Source of the DNA: Actinomycetota bacterium
GTDB lineage: Bacteria; Actinomycetota; Humimicrobiia; Humimicrobiales; Humimicrobiaceae
Length of the DNA stretch: 64,000 bases
Assembly (NCBI GenBank): GCA_028717265.1
Contig: JAQUOE010000005.1
Coordinates: 4,190 to 68,189 of the forward strand
Direction: 5' to 3'
A program made the position numbers and the translations under genes. Below, in pieces: positions 49,234-59,685 of this stretch (positions are counted from its first letter, which is position 1; every line of letters starts with the position of its first letter). The notes under the pieces are model-generated. The model worked only from the letters and a program-made list of their open reading frames with translations, was not told the DNA's origin and searched no databases.

Positions 49234-49312
49234 TTTTACCCTGATACCTGATTTATTAAGAACAACTAAAGCTTTTTTATAAAATATTTATATGAAATTC
49301 AGTAATTATATT

Positions 49313-49489
49313 GACACACGCATGTAGTAGTATGCGCTTAGTCCTGTATGAAAAGAAATGTCAAGTATAATACCCGCATTCTTAAACAAGACGGTCTAAG
49401 ATTAGTGAAGGGAGGCTAATCCTAACCATTTGACCACTACATACGTGTGTCTATGGCATAATTACTTAAAATTTTTCAGTAATTATGCC
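49313..49489. repeat. nested inverted repeats in the BadF-Gfo spacer
   Basis: Outer imperfect inverted repeat (GACACACGCATGTAGTAG / CACTACATACGTGTGTC), an inner perfect 12-bp hairpin (GGCATAATTACT...AGTAATTATGCC), and a flanking direct repeat TTCAGTAATTAT. Confidence 0.3.
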
Positions 49490-49501
49490 CTGTGAAACAT
49501 T

Positions 49502-50650
49502 TTATTTAACTTCTTTCCACTTTTCTTTTAGCGCACTGTCAAATATAACATCGCAAAGAATCAATTCTCTGTACCCATCTTCGAAAGTTGGAAAATCAAA
49601 CCCGGGTTCTTTTCCTGCTGAGATTTGTTTATATACGTTATTGAATAGTTGTTTTGACGTATCCGGAAATCCTTCAGCATGACCGCCAGGATAACTTGAA
49701 TATTGTCTTACTGAACTATTCATTATGGAAGGATCTTTTATTAACAGCTCATTTTTAGAATCTCTTTTCCCGATCCACATTTCATTGGGATTTTCACTAT
49801 TCCACGCTATTGACATCTTCGTCCCATATAATTCAAAGGCTAATCTATTCTTTCTACCTGCCGCAGCCTGATTAACTGTCATCGAACCATGTGCCCCGTT
49901 ATTAAATCTTAAAAGAACTGTTGCGTAATCTTCTGTATTTATCTTTATATCTTTGTAGTCCGAAGACTTAAGAATTTTCCCGGTATAAGTCTCAATAGAC
50001 TTTACAGGTTTTTTTCTTGTTTTGAAAAACGTGCAAAAATCTGCGTATACCTTTTCTATTTTTATTCCACTAATATACTCGACCATATCCAGCCAATGAG
50101 AGCCTATATCTACCACTGCTCTGGATTTGCCACTAAATTCCGATTCCAATCTCCAGTTATAATCTGTCCGATAAAGTAGCCAGTCCTGCTGATAAGAACC
50201 ATTTATTGCCAATATATCTCCTATTTCTCCGGCTTCTATCATTGCTTTTGCTTGCTGCACTAAAGGATAGAACCTCAGGTTAAAATGCACTGCTGCCACA
50301 AGTCCTGTTTTTTTTACCAGCTTCAACAAATCTCTACCTTGCTCAGGATTGATGGCTAATGGTTTTTCACATACAACATGCTTTCCAGCCAGTAATACTT
50401 CTTTTACAATAGGGTAGTGCAGATGGTTTGGTGTACATACATGAACAACTTCTATAGATTTCTCCGCAAGTAACTCTTTATAGTCTCCATAAAATTTATC
50501 CACATTTAACTGTTCTGCTTTTTCTTTTGCCACTTTTTTATTTATGTCAGCCGTAGCAATTATATTTACATATCCCAGGCGTCTTAAAGCTTCAATATGA
50601 GATGGTCCGATAAACCCGGTTCCTATTACTCCTGTATTAATTTTTTTCAT
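49502..50650 (-). CDS. Gfo/Idh/MocA-family NAD(P)-dependent oxidoreductase
   Basis: IGTGFIGPSHIEAL Rossmann start and the EKPL motif. 382 aa. Confidence 0.85.
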   Translation of the reverse strand: MKKINTGVIGTGFIGPSHIEALRRLGYVNIIATADINKKVAKEKAEQLNVDKFYGDYKELLAEKSIEVVHVCTPNHLHYPIVKEVLLAGKHVVCEKPLAINPEQGRDLLKLVKKTGLVAAVHFNLRFYPLVQQAKAMIEAGEIGDILAINGSYQQDWLLYRTDYNWRLESEFSGKSRAVVDIGSHWLDMVEYISGIKIEKVYADFCTFFKTRKKPVKSIETYTGKILKSSDYKDIKINTEDYATVLLRFNNGAHGSMTVNQAAAGRKNRLAFELYGTKMSIAWNSENPNEMWIGKRDSKNELLIKDPSIMNSSVRQYSSYPGGHAEGFPDTSKQLFNNVYKQISAGKEPGFDFPTFEDGYRELILCDVIFDSALKEKWKEVK

Positions 50651-50689
50651 ATTAATTCCAACTTTTAGTATTAATCTTGATCTATTTTT

Positions 50690-51664
50690 CTATGCCCAGT
50701 ATATTTCAGCAGGTTTTTCCTTTATCACCACTTCCTTTAAGAATTCAATAGTCTTTCTCATTCCTTCTTCACCGGACATAAGGGCATCTTCATGTTCAAT
50801 GCTTAAAACATAATCATAATTTTCCTTGGACAGCTGTGATACAAAATTTTTCCACCAATCATATCCATTGCCGTAACCAACGACTCTAAACAACCATGAT
50901 CTATTCTTTACATTTACAAATGATTTAGTGTCCAGAACTCCATTTAGCGCAGTATTGTAATTATCAATTTTTGTATCTTTGGCATGTACATGAAACAGTG
51001 CTCCTGCCTCAGATATTTTTTTCATTGAAACAATAGGGTCAATTCCCTGCCAGAATAAGTGGCTTGGATCAAAGTTTGCTCCAATTACATCTCCCACATT
51101 TTCTCTCAGCTTAAGAAGAGTCTCAGTATTATAGACAACAAATCCTGGATGCATTTCAAAGGCCAGTCGGACTCCGTGATCTTTTGCAAATTTACCAATT
51201 TTTTTCCAATAGGGGATTACTTTCTTCTCCCACTGCCAATTTAAAATTTTAGGATAATCATTTGGCCAGGAGCAAGTTACCCAGTTAGGATATTTATCAT
51301 TTTCGGAACTACCGGGACACCCGGAAAGTAAGGTAATTGTTGATACACCAAGCTTTTCCGCTAAAAGAATTGCGTTGTTTGTCTTCTCATTATGTTCTCT
51401 GGCTATGGATTCATCAGGGTGAAGAGGATTCCCATGTACGGCTAATGCACTTATTAGAAGATCTCTTTTTTCTACTTCCTCTTTATATAATTTTAATTTT
51501 TCATTACTTTTTAAAAGTTCTCGAGAGTTACAATAAATACTACCCGGGTAATTTCCCGCACCCAGCTCCACTGCTTCCAATCCTAAATTTTTAACTTTAT
51601 CTAACATATCCTCTAATCTGGGATATGAATTATAAAAAACAGCTGTTATTACTCCTACTTTCAT
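50690..51664 (-). CDS. xylose-isomerase-like TIM-barrel protein, family B paralogue 1
   Basis: Paralogue of 58669..59610 (shared LGLEAVELGAG...HVHAKD...EHED). Confidence 0.8.
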   Translation of the reverse strand: MKVGVITAVFYNSYPRLEDMLDKVKNLGLEAVELGAGNYPGSIYCNSRELLKSNEKLKLYKEEVEKRDLLISALAVHGNPLHPDESIAREHNEKTNNAILLAEKLGVSTITLLSGCPGSSENDKYPNWVTCSWPNDYPKILNWQWEKKVIPYWKKIGKFAKDHGVRLAFEMHPGFVVYNTETLLKLRENVGDVIGANFDPSHLFWQGIDPIVSMKKISEAGALFHVHAKDTKIDNYNTALNGVLDTKSFVNVKNRSWLFRVVGYGNGYDWWKNFVSQLSKENYDYVLSIEHEDALMSGEEGMRKTIEFLKEVVIKEKPAEIYWA

Positions 51665-52130
51665 TTTAACTCTTCCTTTTTTAATGTTTTTTATTTATTA
51701 TGGCGTTTTTATTGCTAGTAGTGTAAAACTGGTTCATACTGTCAAATGAGTCTATTTTTTCTCCTGGTTTTTTATACTCTCAATAAACTTTTTAATATCA
51801 AATAAAAAAATGCCGTTTTCACAGAATTGTTTTTTAATATATTAAATTACTTCCCAATAATATAAATTTAAAATATAACAACTTAAAGAAAGGTTATATT
51901 AATTAATCTTTTTATAATTAAGATATTATTTACAAATAATAGCAAAATGTTTTTCACAAGTAAATATAAAATGTCAAAATAATATGTAAATGGTTATATA
52001 ATTTTCTGTAAATTTATTAATTTATAAGTAGGGAAACACTTAAGTTTTAATGAAAATAATAAAAAGGAAATAAAGGAAAGAGTAGATGATAAGATAAAAA
52101 AGAATACGTCACCTTGGTCAACAGTTATAT

Positions 52131-53174
52131 TTATTCGATTAATGATGTAATCACAGAGGACTCTCGAATTATAAACTCTACATCAAGTAATATTTTACGT
52201 AAAGCTACATTTGGGTCAGAAATTTTTTCGATCAGCAATTCGCAAGCTCTAAAACCTAGCTGGAATTTAGGCTGTTTTACGGTTGTAATAGTCGGATTAG
52301 TCATTATTGCAATGTCGACGTCATCGAAACCAACAACAAGCAAATCCTGGGGGATTCTGAGTCCCACATTTGAGGAGGCTTTAATCGTTGCTGCTGCAAA
52401 AACGTCTGAAATAGCAAAAATTGCATTTGGTCGATTAGACAAATTAAGTAGGTGAGAGCAGGCGGAAACAGCCATGCTGTAATCAATTTCCGGTAAGTTT
52501 ACAATCCAGTTATTTTCAATTGGTATATTTGCGTTTTTGAGTGCATTCAGATACCCGCTAAGCCGATGCTGCGCATATTTATAATGCATCGGGCCGTTAA
52601 TTAGTGCAATTTTTCTCCTATTGTTAGATAAAATATACTCCATAACCCTTTTGCTGGCCAGAGTATCATCAATGCTGACATATGAAATATCTGAATCTTC
52701 ATTATATTCACAACACTGAACCAGAGGAACAGTTGAGTTCAATTTATCAAGTAATTCTGAAGATAAGTAGTTTGAGATTATTAATCCTGCTACATTAAAT
52801 TTTTTTAAAACATCTAATAAATGATTGAAATTCCACAGGTTAATATCGCTCTCGTTAATAAGGATATGATACCCGTGACGGGTGGCTGCAGCTTCTGCAC
52901 CATTTACAATTTGACTGTAAAAAGGATTATTTAAAGAAGGTATATTGAATATTATCAAGCTACTATTTTTAGGTTTAGGCTTAATAACAATTTCATTTGT
53001 ATCAAACCCCAGCATATTCATGGAATCTATAACTTTTTTTACTGTTTCATGTTTTACATGAGGATAATTATTCAGTATTCTTGAAACTGTTGCAATGGAT
53101 ACTCCTGCTTCTTGAGCTATTCTGACATAATTTGCTTTCTTTTTATTTCCCTTATTCTTTTTGATTCTATACAT
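52131..53174 (-). CDS. LacI-family transcriptional regulator
   Basis: HTH NYVRIAQEAGVSIATVSRILN plus a periplasmic-binding-fold effector domain. N-terminal ~14 aa extension, so start uncertain. Confidence 0.85.
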   Translation of the reverse strand: MYRIKKNKGNKKKANYVRIAQEAGVSIATVSRILNNYPHVKHETVKKVIDSMNMLGFDTNEIVIKPKPKNSSLIIFNIPSLNNPFYSQIVNGAEAAATRHGYHILINESDINLWNFNHLLDVLKKFNVAGLIISNYLSSELLDKLNSTVPLVQCCEYNEDSDISYVSIDDTLASKRVMEYILSNNRRKIALINGPMHYKYAQHRLSGYLNALKNANIPIENNWIVNLPEIDYSMAVSACSHLLNLSNRPNAIFAISDVFAAATIKASSNVGLRIPQDLLVVGFDDVDIAIMTNPTITTVKQPKFQLGFRACELLIEKISDPNVALRKILLDVEFIIRESSVITSLIE

Positions 53175-53494
53175 ATCTGCATTATATCATATTATTTTTG
53201 ATTTTTTCATAATATTATAATTTTTTGAATAGAAATACATAAATATAATTGGGATTAGTATATATATTTACAATATTAATATGAAAAAACTTGACAAATT
53301 TTATGTAAATGTTTTAAAATTTAAAAACATTATCTAAGGTTAATGATATATTTTTAGGGGCAAGGCAGTATAGTTCATATCACTTAGTTTTGCAGTACGT
53401 TTCTGATTGTAAATATTAAATTATCTTAAGGTGATAATAATAAAAAGGAACTAAATTTATAAAAAAGATCGCAGGGTTAATAATTCTTAAATAG

Positions 53495-54091
53495 GACAAA
53501 TGGAAAAAAAGATATTTTAAAATCAATAAAAAAGAAAAACTAAAAGAAGGAGAGAAGTTTTACACTGAAAAATAATTATCTGAAAAATTTAATATTAACC
53601 GTAACACAACAAAGTAAGCGATAAAGAGACTAATACAAAAAGAATCTTTAGTAAAAGGAGAATGTAACTATTTTATAATATCTAGACCGACCGCAAAAGG
53701 TTTAATGGTTTCTTTAATGAGTATAATTAACTTCAAAGAAAAAGATAATAAAAATTTAATTGAGGTAAGAAAACTTTTAGAAGCATATGTTACAACCACG
53801 GCTATTGGTCGAGCATTAAAGGATAATATTAAGGAGCTATCCGAGATAATTAATAGGATGGAAGAAAATATTAATAATTATGATATTTTCTCTGACTATG
53901 ATTATCATTTTCACATTAGGCTAGCAAAAGCATCAAATAATCCTATCTTTTATGAACTGATAAAAGGTATAAGTGAATTATTGAAAAAAGAGATAAAAGA
54001 ATTTTCCATATTTAAAAGGGATAGAAAGAAAGCGCAAAGACTTCATAAAGCTCCGTTAGAAGTGTTAGTGGTAAAAGATAAGGGTCAATGA
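53495..54091 (+). pseudogene. GntR/FadR-family regulator with decayed HTH (three in-frame stops) and intact FCD ligand domain
   Basis: One frame reads ...YTEK*LSEKFNINRNTTK*AIKRLIQKESLVKGECNYFII..., which aligns to the GntR HTH. Stops are TAG 53492-94, TAA 53573-75 and TAA 53615-17. The FCD domain is intact as the 128-aa ORF 53705..54091. Confidence 0.55.
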
Positions 54092-54343
54092 TTAAAAATA
54101 TGAACCTACACTTTGATAATATTGAAGCATGTTTCCAAATATTAAATCTTTAAGCAAAAAGGATGAATAATTCTAACATGTCTTAGTAAGATTATAGAAT
54201 TAGGTTTAGACAGTATTATATGAAAGGAGGAGTGTTAAGAAATTTAGAAGTAATATTCTTTAATAAAGGAGGTGGTGTGTATTTGCTTAGAAAAAAACAA
54301 GGTTTGTTTGTAAATATAGAATACTTAGTTTTATTAGGGAGGT

Positions 54344-55744
54344 TTGAAATTGAAAACATTTAAGATGCTAGCTTTATTTGTAATCGTAGTGTTAATGATG
54401 ATTATGGGGGTTTCAGGTTGTAAAGATACAGAAACTTCAACAAGTACTGCAGTAGAAGAAACTGCAGAATCAGAGGAATCAACAACAGAAACTGCAGAAC
54501 CAGAAGAACAACAAATTGTTCTGAAAATATGGGATATGTACACAGATGTAGGCCATGGTTCTGGTGGGGAAGCGATGGAAACACTTATTGACATGTATAA
54601 AAAAGCTAATCCTAATGTAGAAATTGAAAGAACTGTTATCGGTAGTGAGAATATGCAAGACCAAGTAAGTTTATCAATGGCTGGGGGAACAATGGCAGAT
54701 TTAGTTGAAACTTGGCCGGCATGCGGTGTTTTATCTGGTTATGCACAGGATGGAGAAGTTTATGATATGACTGATAAAGCAGAAGAATTTGGATGGTTTG
54801 AGCTTATGAATAGTTATTTAATGCTCGAGTGCTCAACTAAAGGAAGGCTTTATGGTTTACCATGGGAATTTGATCGTCCTGTTATATATTACAATAAGAC
54901 CATCTTTGAAGAATTAGGATTGAGCGAACCAAATAATTATGATGATTTCATTACTATTCTAGATACAATAAAAGCTGATGGTAAATATGATCCAATAACA
55001 ATAGGAAATGGAAATAGATGGCCGATTTGTAATTTATATGATGAAATACGTGCAGTCACAGTCGGTAAAGAAAAAGTATCAGATCTTTTCTTTGGAGATG
55101 CTGATTGGGATGATCCGGAATTCGTTGAAGCATGGACAATCCTGCTGGATTGGATAGAAAAAGGGTATTTTATTGATGGCTTTAATGGAGTAAAATATGG
55201 AGATTCAAACAGTAATTTTATAATGAAAAATGCTGCTATTAGCATAGATGGTAGTTGGATTTTAAGTAATTTAGTTGAAGCAGAGGTTGAAGGCGAATTT
55301 GAGGTAGGAGTATTTCCTTTTCCGATGATTAATGAAGATTTACCTCCAACGAGTCTAGCGGGTAGTGGGGCAAATTGGATTATTTCATCAAAATCTGCGC
55401 CTGAGGTTCAGGAAGAAGCTATGAATTTCCTTAATTTTATATTATCGGATGAAGCAGCTCAAATATGGATTGATGGTGCTTCCGTAATACCCGGTTACAG
55501 TGACATTGATTGGGATAGATTCACTGTAGATCCCTTAATGGCCGAGGTCTATGAGATAAATGAAGGTAAGGAAGATACAACATGGTCGCATGTGACAGTT
55601 CCAGAAAGTGTAGCGGAGACTCTTTATTCAACTTTTCAGAGTGTAGCAGGGCTGACTATGACTCCTGAAGAAGCTTTAAATCAGATTGAAGAGGATTGGG
55701 AAGAAGCGAAAGCTGAAGGCAGAGTCTGGAATCCGCTTCAGTAG
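54344..55744 (+). CDS. ABC transporter substrate-binding lipoprotein (CUT1, SBP family 1; oligosaccharide/glycoside type)
   Basis: Signal peptide with a VSGC lipobox, an acidic TETS/EE linker, then an SBP_bac_1-like fold. Confidence 0.8.
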   Translation: MKLKTFKMLALFVIVVLMMIMGVSGCKDTETSTSTAVEETAESEESTTETAEPEEQQIVLKIWDMYTDVGHGSGGEAMETLIDMYKKANPNVEIERTVIGSENMQDQVSLSMAGGTMADLVETWPACGVLSGYAQDGEVYDMTDKAEEFGWFELMNSYLMLECSTKGRLYGLPWEFDRPVIYYNKTIFEELGLSEPNNYDDFITILDTIKADGKYDPITIGNGNRWPICNLYDEIRAVTVGKEKVSDLFFGDADWDDPEFVEAWTILLDWIEKGYFIDGFNGVKYGDSNSNFIMKNAAISIDGSWILSNLVEAEVEGEFEVGVFPFPMINEDLPPTSLAGSGANWIISSKSAPEVQEEAMNFLNFILSDEAAQIWIDGASVIPGYSDIDWDRFTVDPLMAEVYEINEGKEDTTWSHVTVPESVAETLYSTFQSVAGLTMTPEEALNQIEEDWEEAKAEGRVWNPLQ

Positions 55745-55821
55745 TAAAATATAGGAAAATGGTTGAATAATATAATTTTAACAATATCTTATAAGGATGT
55801 ATCTCTCTGTAGCATTTAGCT

Positions 55822-56703
55822 ATGGAGAGATACATAAAAAAAATGAAAAACTTAAGAAACAATTTACTTGGCTATACATTAGTTCTACCTGCTTTTTTAA
55901 TTTATGGTCTTATTGTTCTTCTTGCAGTTTTTCAGAACTTTTATTACAGTTTTTTCAAGTTTACCAATATAACTTCTTACGAGTTTGCAGGTCTGGATAA
56001 TTATATCAATATGTTCAAAGATAAAGTATTTTATACTGCCATTGGGCATAATCTTTTATGGGCTTTTATGATTATAATTCTGCTGTTTTTATTTTTAACC
56101 ATAGCAGTTTTCTTATCAAAAATTAAGTCTCGCACCATTCTTGGTGCCATATACTTTTTACCAGCTACTATACCTTTTGTAGTAAGTGCAATAATGTGGG
56201 GCTGGATATATAATCCTAATTTTGGAATACTGCAAAGTATTGCAGATTTACTTAAATTAAATTTTTTAAGACAGCAATGGCTAGGAGATCCTAAACTAGC
56301 TTTTTATTCATTATTTTTAATTGGAGTATGGACCTATTTTGGTTTTACGGTTATTATTTTTTTAAGTGCTCTTCAGAATATTGATAGAAGTATCTACGAT
56401 GCAGCGAGAATTGACGGAGCGACAGAAACAAAAATCTTTTTTCATATAACGTTGCCTGCTATTAGAAATACATTGTCTTTCTTGATAGTGTTCTCAATCA
56501 TCATGTCAATGAAAGTTTTCGATATAATTTATGTTATGACACAAGGTGGACCTGGTTATTCTACAGAAGTAATGTCCACTTATATATTCAAATTAGCTTT
56601 TAGAGGACAGAATATTGGTTATTCTTCCGCTATATCTATAATTTTAATTATATTGGTATTAAGCTTGGCGGTTACTGTCTTAAGGAGAAATCAAAAGGAA
56701 TAA
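55822..56703 (+). CDS. sugar ABC permease (MalF/UgpA-like)
   Basis: Six-TM BPD_transp_1 protein with the EAA-like loop ...DAARIDGA. Confidence 0.85.
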   Translation: MERYIKKMKNLRNNLLGYTLVLPAFLIYGLIVLLAVFQNFYYSFFKFTNITSYEFAGLDNYINMFKDKVFYTAIGHNLLWAFMIIILLFLFLTIAVFLSKIKSRTILGAIYFLPATIPFVVSAIMWGWIYNPNFGILQSIADLLKLNFLRQQWLGDPKLAFYSLFLIGVWTYFGFTVIIFLSALQNIDRSIYDAARIDGATETKIFFHITLPAIRNTLSFLIVFSIIMSMKVFDIIYVMTQGGPGYSTEVMSTYIFKLAFRGQNIGYSSAISIILIILVLSLAVTVLRRNQKE

Positions 56704-56708
56704 AAAAG

Positions 56709-57518
56709 ATGAAAAAGACTTTTATATGGTTGTTTCTATTTGCATTTATTTTATTTTCAATATTACCATTTATAATTGTTATTTTTACTAGCCTTAAAAC
56801 TAATCAAGAAATGTACGCTAATGTACTTGCACCACCATCTTCGTTTTATTTGGATAATTATTTATTTGTATTGTCTGAGGCTAAATTTTATTTAAATTTT
56901 TTAAATAGTTTGTATATTTCTATTCCAGTTGTAATATCTATATCAGTTCTTTCTACTTTAGCTGGTTATGCGTTTTCGAAGATTAATTTTTGGAAAAAAA
57001 ATATTCTTTTTTTCATAATTTTAATAGGATTAATGCTGCCATTGCCCTCAATTATTATTCCCATATATTTAAATTTAGCTAAATTAGGTTTTTTAAATAC
57101 TCGTATTGGAGTAATTTTAACGCAAATTGGAATCGATCTTCCGTTTGCTATTTTTTTTATGAGGTCATTCTTTAATGATGTCCCTAATGAAATTATAGAA
57201 TCAGCTCGGATTGATGGTGCAAATGATTTGCAAATAATAATGAAGGTGATGGTTCCATTATCTAAATCTTCATTGGGAGCTTTAAGCTTAATACTATTTA
57301 TGTGGTCTTGGCAGAGCTATATAGTTCCTTTAGTGATTATTACTGATAATAACCTGAGACCTTTAACGGTAGCATTAACTGATTTTGTAGGTAGGTATAT
57401 TACAGCTTATACGTATATTGCTGCTGCTTCAGTTCTCATTTTCTTACCAATAACAATTTTATTTATAATTACTCAAAGAAGGTTTATTGAAGGCATCACT
57501 GCCGGATATGGCAAATAA
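56709..57518 (+). CDS. sugar ABC permease (MalG/UgpE-like)
   Basis: BPD_transp_1 protein with the ESARIDGAN EAA loop. Confidence 0.85.
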   Translation: MKKTFIWLFLFAFILFSILPFIIVIFTSLKTNQEMYANVLAPPSSFYLDNYLFVLSEAKFYLNFLNSLYISIPVVISISVLSTLAGYAFSKINFWKKNILFFIILIGLMLPLPSIIIPIYLNLAKLGFLNTRIGVILTQIGIDLPFAIFFMRSFFNDVPNEIIESARIDGANDLQIIMKVMVPLSKSSLGALSLILFMWSWQSYIVPLVIITDNNLRPLTVALTDFVGRYITAYTYIAAASVLIFLPITILFIITQRRFIEGITAGYGK

Positions 57519-57577
57519 TAAAAGTTTAAAAATGTATCTAAAGATTTTAGTGAAACTGGAAGAGGGGAGCATAATAA

Positions 57578-58603
57578 ATGTTAGGTGTTAAATTCTTAGG
57601 AAAGGAAAAGGTTGATGTAATTGAATACCCAGATCCTGAGCCAGGATTCAGGGAGGTTGTGGTAAGAATAAAGGCTTCTGCACTATGCCGAAGTGATTTA
57701 AATATCTATCATGATGTGAATCTAGATAGGAAAAGAAAAATGAATGTGATCCCCGGGCACGAAGCTTGTGGGGTAGTCGATATTTTAGGCGATGGTATTT
57801 CTGAGAATGAAATTAAAGTAGGTGATAGAGTAGCGATTTATCTTGGCGTTGGTTGCGGATATTGTGAATACTGTCGAAAGGGTTGGTATATTTTTTGTTC
57901 ACAGAGGAAGATTCTGGGCTTTGATATTAATGGAGGACATGCAGAGTTTATTAAAATTCCTGCAGAAAATTGCTTAAAAATCCCAGAAAAAATAAGTTTC
58001 ATTGAAGGAGCATTGTCTACCGATAAATTCGGTGGGTTGTATCATGCCCAAAAAACCCTAGAAGTTTCAGGGAAAGATACGGTAGCGATATTTGGCATAG
58101 GACCAATGGGCCAGATGGCTGTTCTAATGGCCAAAGCTTTAGGGGCAAAAGTAATTGCAGTGGATGTTGTGGGGAGCAGGCTGGAATTCGCAGAAAAAGA
58201 GGGAGCAGATTATATAGTTAATGGTAAAAAAAAGGATGTTATATATGAAATAAATAAATTGACCAACAAAGTTGGGGCGGATATAGCTATTGATTGTTCC
58301 GGAAATCCTATTGCCCAAAGCAATGCAATTGATTGTATAAAAAAAGAAGGTAGTGTTGCTTTTATAGGTGAGTCGAAAGTTTTACAAATTAATCCAAGTA
58401 AGCAGTTCATAAGAAAGCAGATAAAAGTTATAGGATCATGGTACTTTCCTGTTTGGGAATATAGTGAAATCGTGAATTTAATTATATCTAAAAATTTAAA
58501 TTTGGAAAAATGGGTTACAAATAAATTTAAAATTGAAGAAGCAAAAAAAGCTTATACACTTTTTGATAAATATCAAGCTGGGATAACAGTATTTACTATG
58601 TGA
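57578..58603 (+). CDS. zinc-dependent MDR dehydrogenase
   Basis: ALCRSDLNIYH, GHEACG and CGYCEYC motifs, GIGPMGQM Rossmann. Confidence 0.8.
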   Translation: MLGVKFLGKEKVDVIEYPDPEPGFREVVVRIKASALCRSDLNIYHDVNLDRKRKMNVIPGHEACGVVDILGDGISENEIKVGDRVAIYLGVGCGYCEYCRKGWYIFCSQRKILGFDINGGHAEFIKIPAENCLKIPEKISFIEGALSTDKFGGLYHAQKTLEVSGKDTVAIFGIGPMGQMAVLMAKALGAKVIAVDVVGSRLEFAEKEGADYIVNGKKKDVIYEINKLTNKVGADIAIDCSGNPIAQSNAIDCIKKEGSVAFIGESKVLQINPSKQFIRKQIKVIGSWYFPVWEYSEIVNLIISKNLNLEKWVTNKFKIEEAKKAYTLFDKYQAGITVFTM

Positions 58604-58668
58604 AAGTTCTTTGATTTTTATCAGGAAGGTGTAACCGATTATTATATTTTTGTAGTGAAAGGTAAATT

Positions 58669-59610
58669 ATGAAATTAGGAATGATGGCAAATTGTTTTTC
58701 AGATAAAACATTGGAAGAAGTTTGCATAATCGCAAGGGAAGAAGGCCTACAGGCAATTGAACTTGCTGCTGGTTGCTATGTTGGTAAAGCGCATTGTAAT
58801 CCAGAGATACTTTTGGGGGATAAAGGTGCGCTTGAAAAATTTAATAAAACAATTTCATCATATAAGTTGGAATTGAGCTCACTATCATGTCATGGAAATC
58901 CAGTTCACCCAGACAAAAGAATAGCAGATAAGCATACTGCTGACCTTAAAGCAGCTTTAGAACTGGCTGGCAAGTTGGGAGTGAAGGTAGTGACTACATT
59001 GGCAGGCTGTCCAGGGGCTGCTGATGATGAAAAATATCCTAATTGGATAACATGTCCAACCCATTTTGAGGAGCTAGTAAAATGGCAATGGGAGGAAAAA
59101 ATATTACCATTTTGGAATGAAATGATTAAAGTGGCTAAAAAATTTAATGTACGTTTTGGTTTTGAAATGGCCCCCGGAGATGTAGTATATAATCCTGAGT
59201 TATTACTTAAGCTACGTGAGAAAGTTGGTGCTGAGGAAATTTCCTGCAACTTTGATCCAAGCCACTTATTTTGGCAGGGTATTGATCCGTTAAAGGTCAT
59301 CAGGCGTCTTGGAAATGCAATTGTTCATGTTCATGCAAAAGACTGTAGGATAGATTCCGCTGTGGCTGAATGGAGAGGTGTATTGGATTGGAAAAATTTC
59401 GATGATGTGTCAAACAGAGCCTGGTATTTTTCTACATGTGGATATGGTCATGATGTTTTGTTCTGGAAGGATTTTATGAGTAATCTAAGGTTGATTGGTT
59501 ATGACGGAGTTATTAGTGTAGAACAAGAAGATCCCACCATGTCGATAAATGAAGGCTTAAAAAAGTCTATTAGCTTTCTAAAGAATATTTTATTTTATGA
59601 AGAGAGCTAA
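58669..59610 (+). CDS. xylose-isomerase-like TIM-barrel protein, family B paralogue 2
   Basis: Paralogue of 50690..51664. Confidence 0.8.
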   Translation: MKLGMMANCFSDKTLEEVCIIAREEGLQAIELAAGCYVGKAHCNPEILLGDKGALEKFNKTISSYKLELSSLSCHGNPVHPDKRIADKHTADLKAALELAGKLGVKVVTTLAGCPGAADDEKYPNWITCPTHFEELVKWQWEEKILPFWNEMIKVAKKFNVRFGFEMAPGDVVYNPELLLKLREKVGAEEISCNFDPSHLFWQGIDPLKVIRRLGNAIVHVHAKDCRIDSAVAEWRGVLDWKNFDDVSNRAWYFSTCGYGHDVLFWKDFMSNLRLIGYDGVISVEQEDPTMSINEGLKKSISFLKNILFYEES

Positions 59611-59685
59611 AGTCTTAATAAATGGTAATAATTAATATTGATAAACATATTTAGTGATGCGTTGGACTTAATAATAAACTTTTAA

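Noticed and set aside
54334-54664. Three small minus-strand ORFs upstream of / overlapping the CUT1 SBP signal-peptide and linker region
   Set aside because: Generated by the repetitive acidic-linker coding sequence (gaagaa/gcagaa repeats) of the SBP gene. No independent support.
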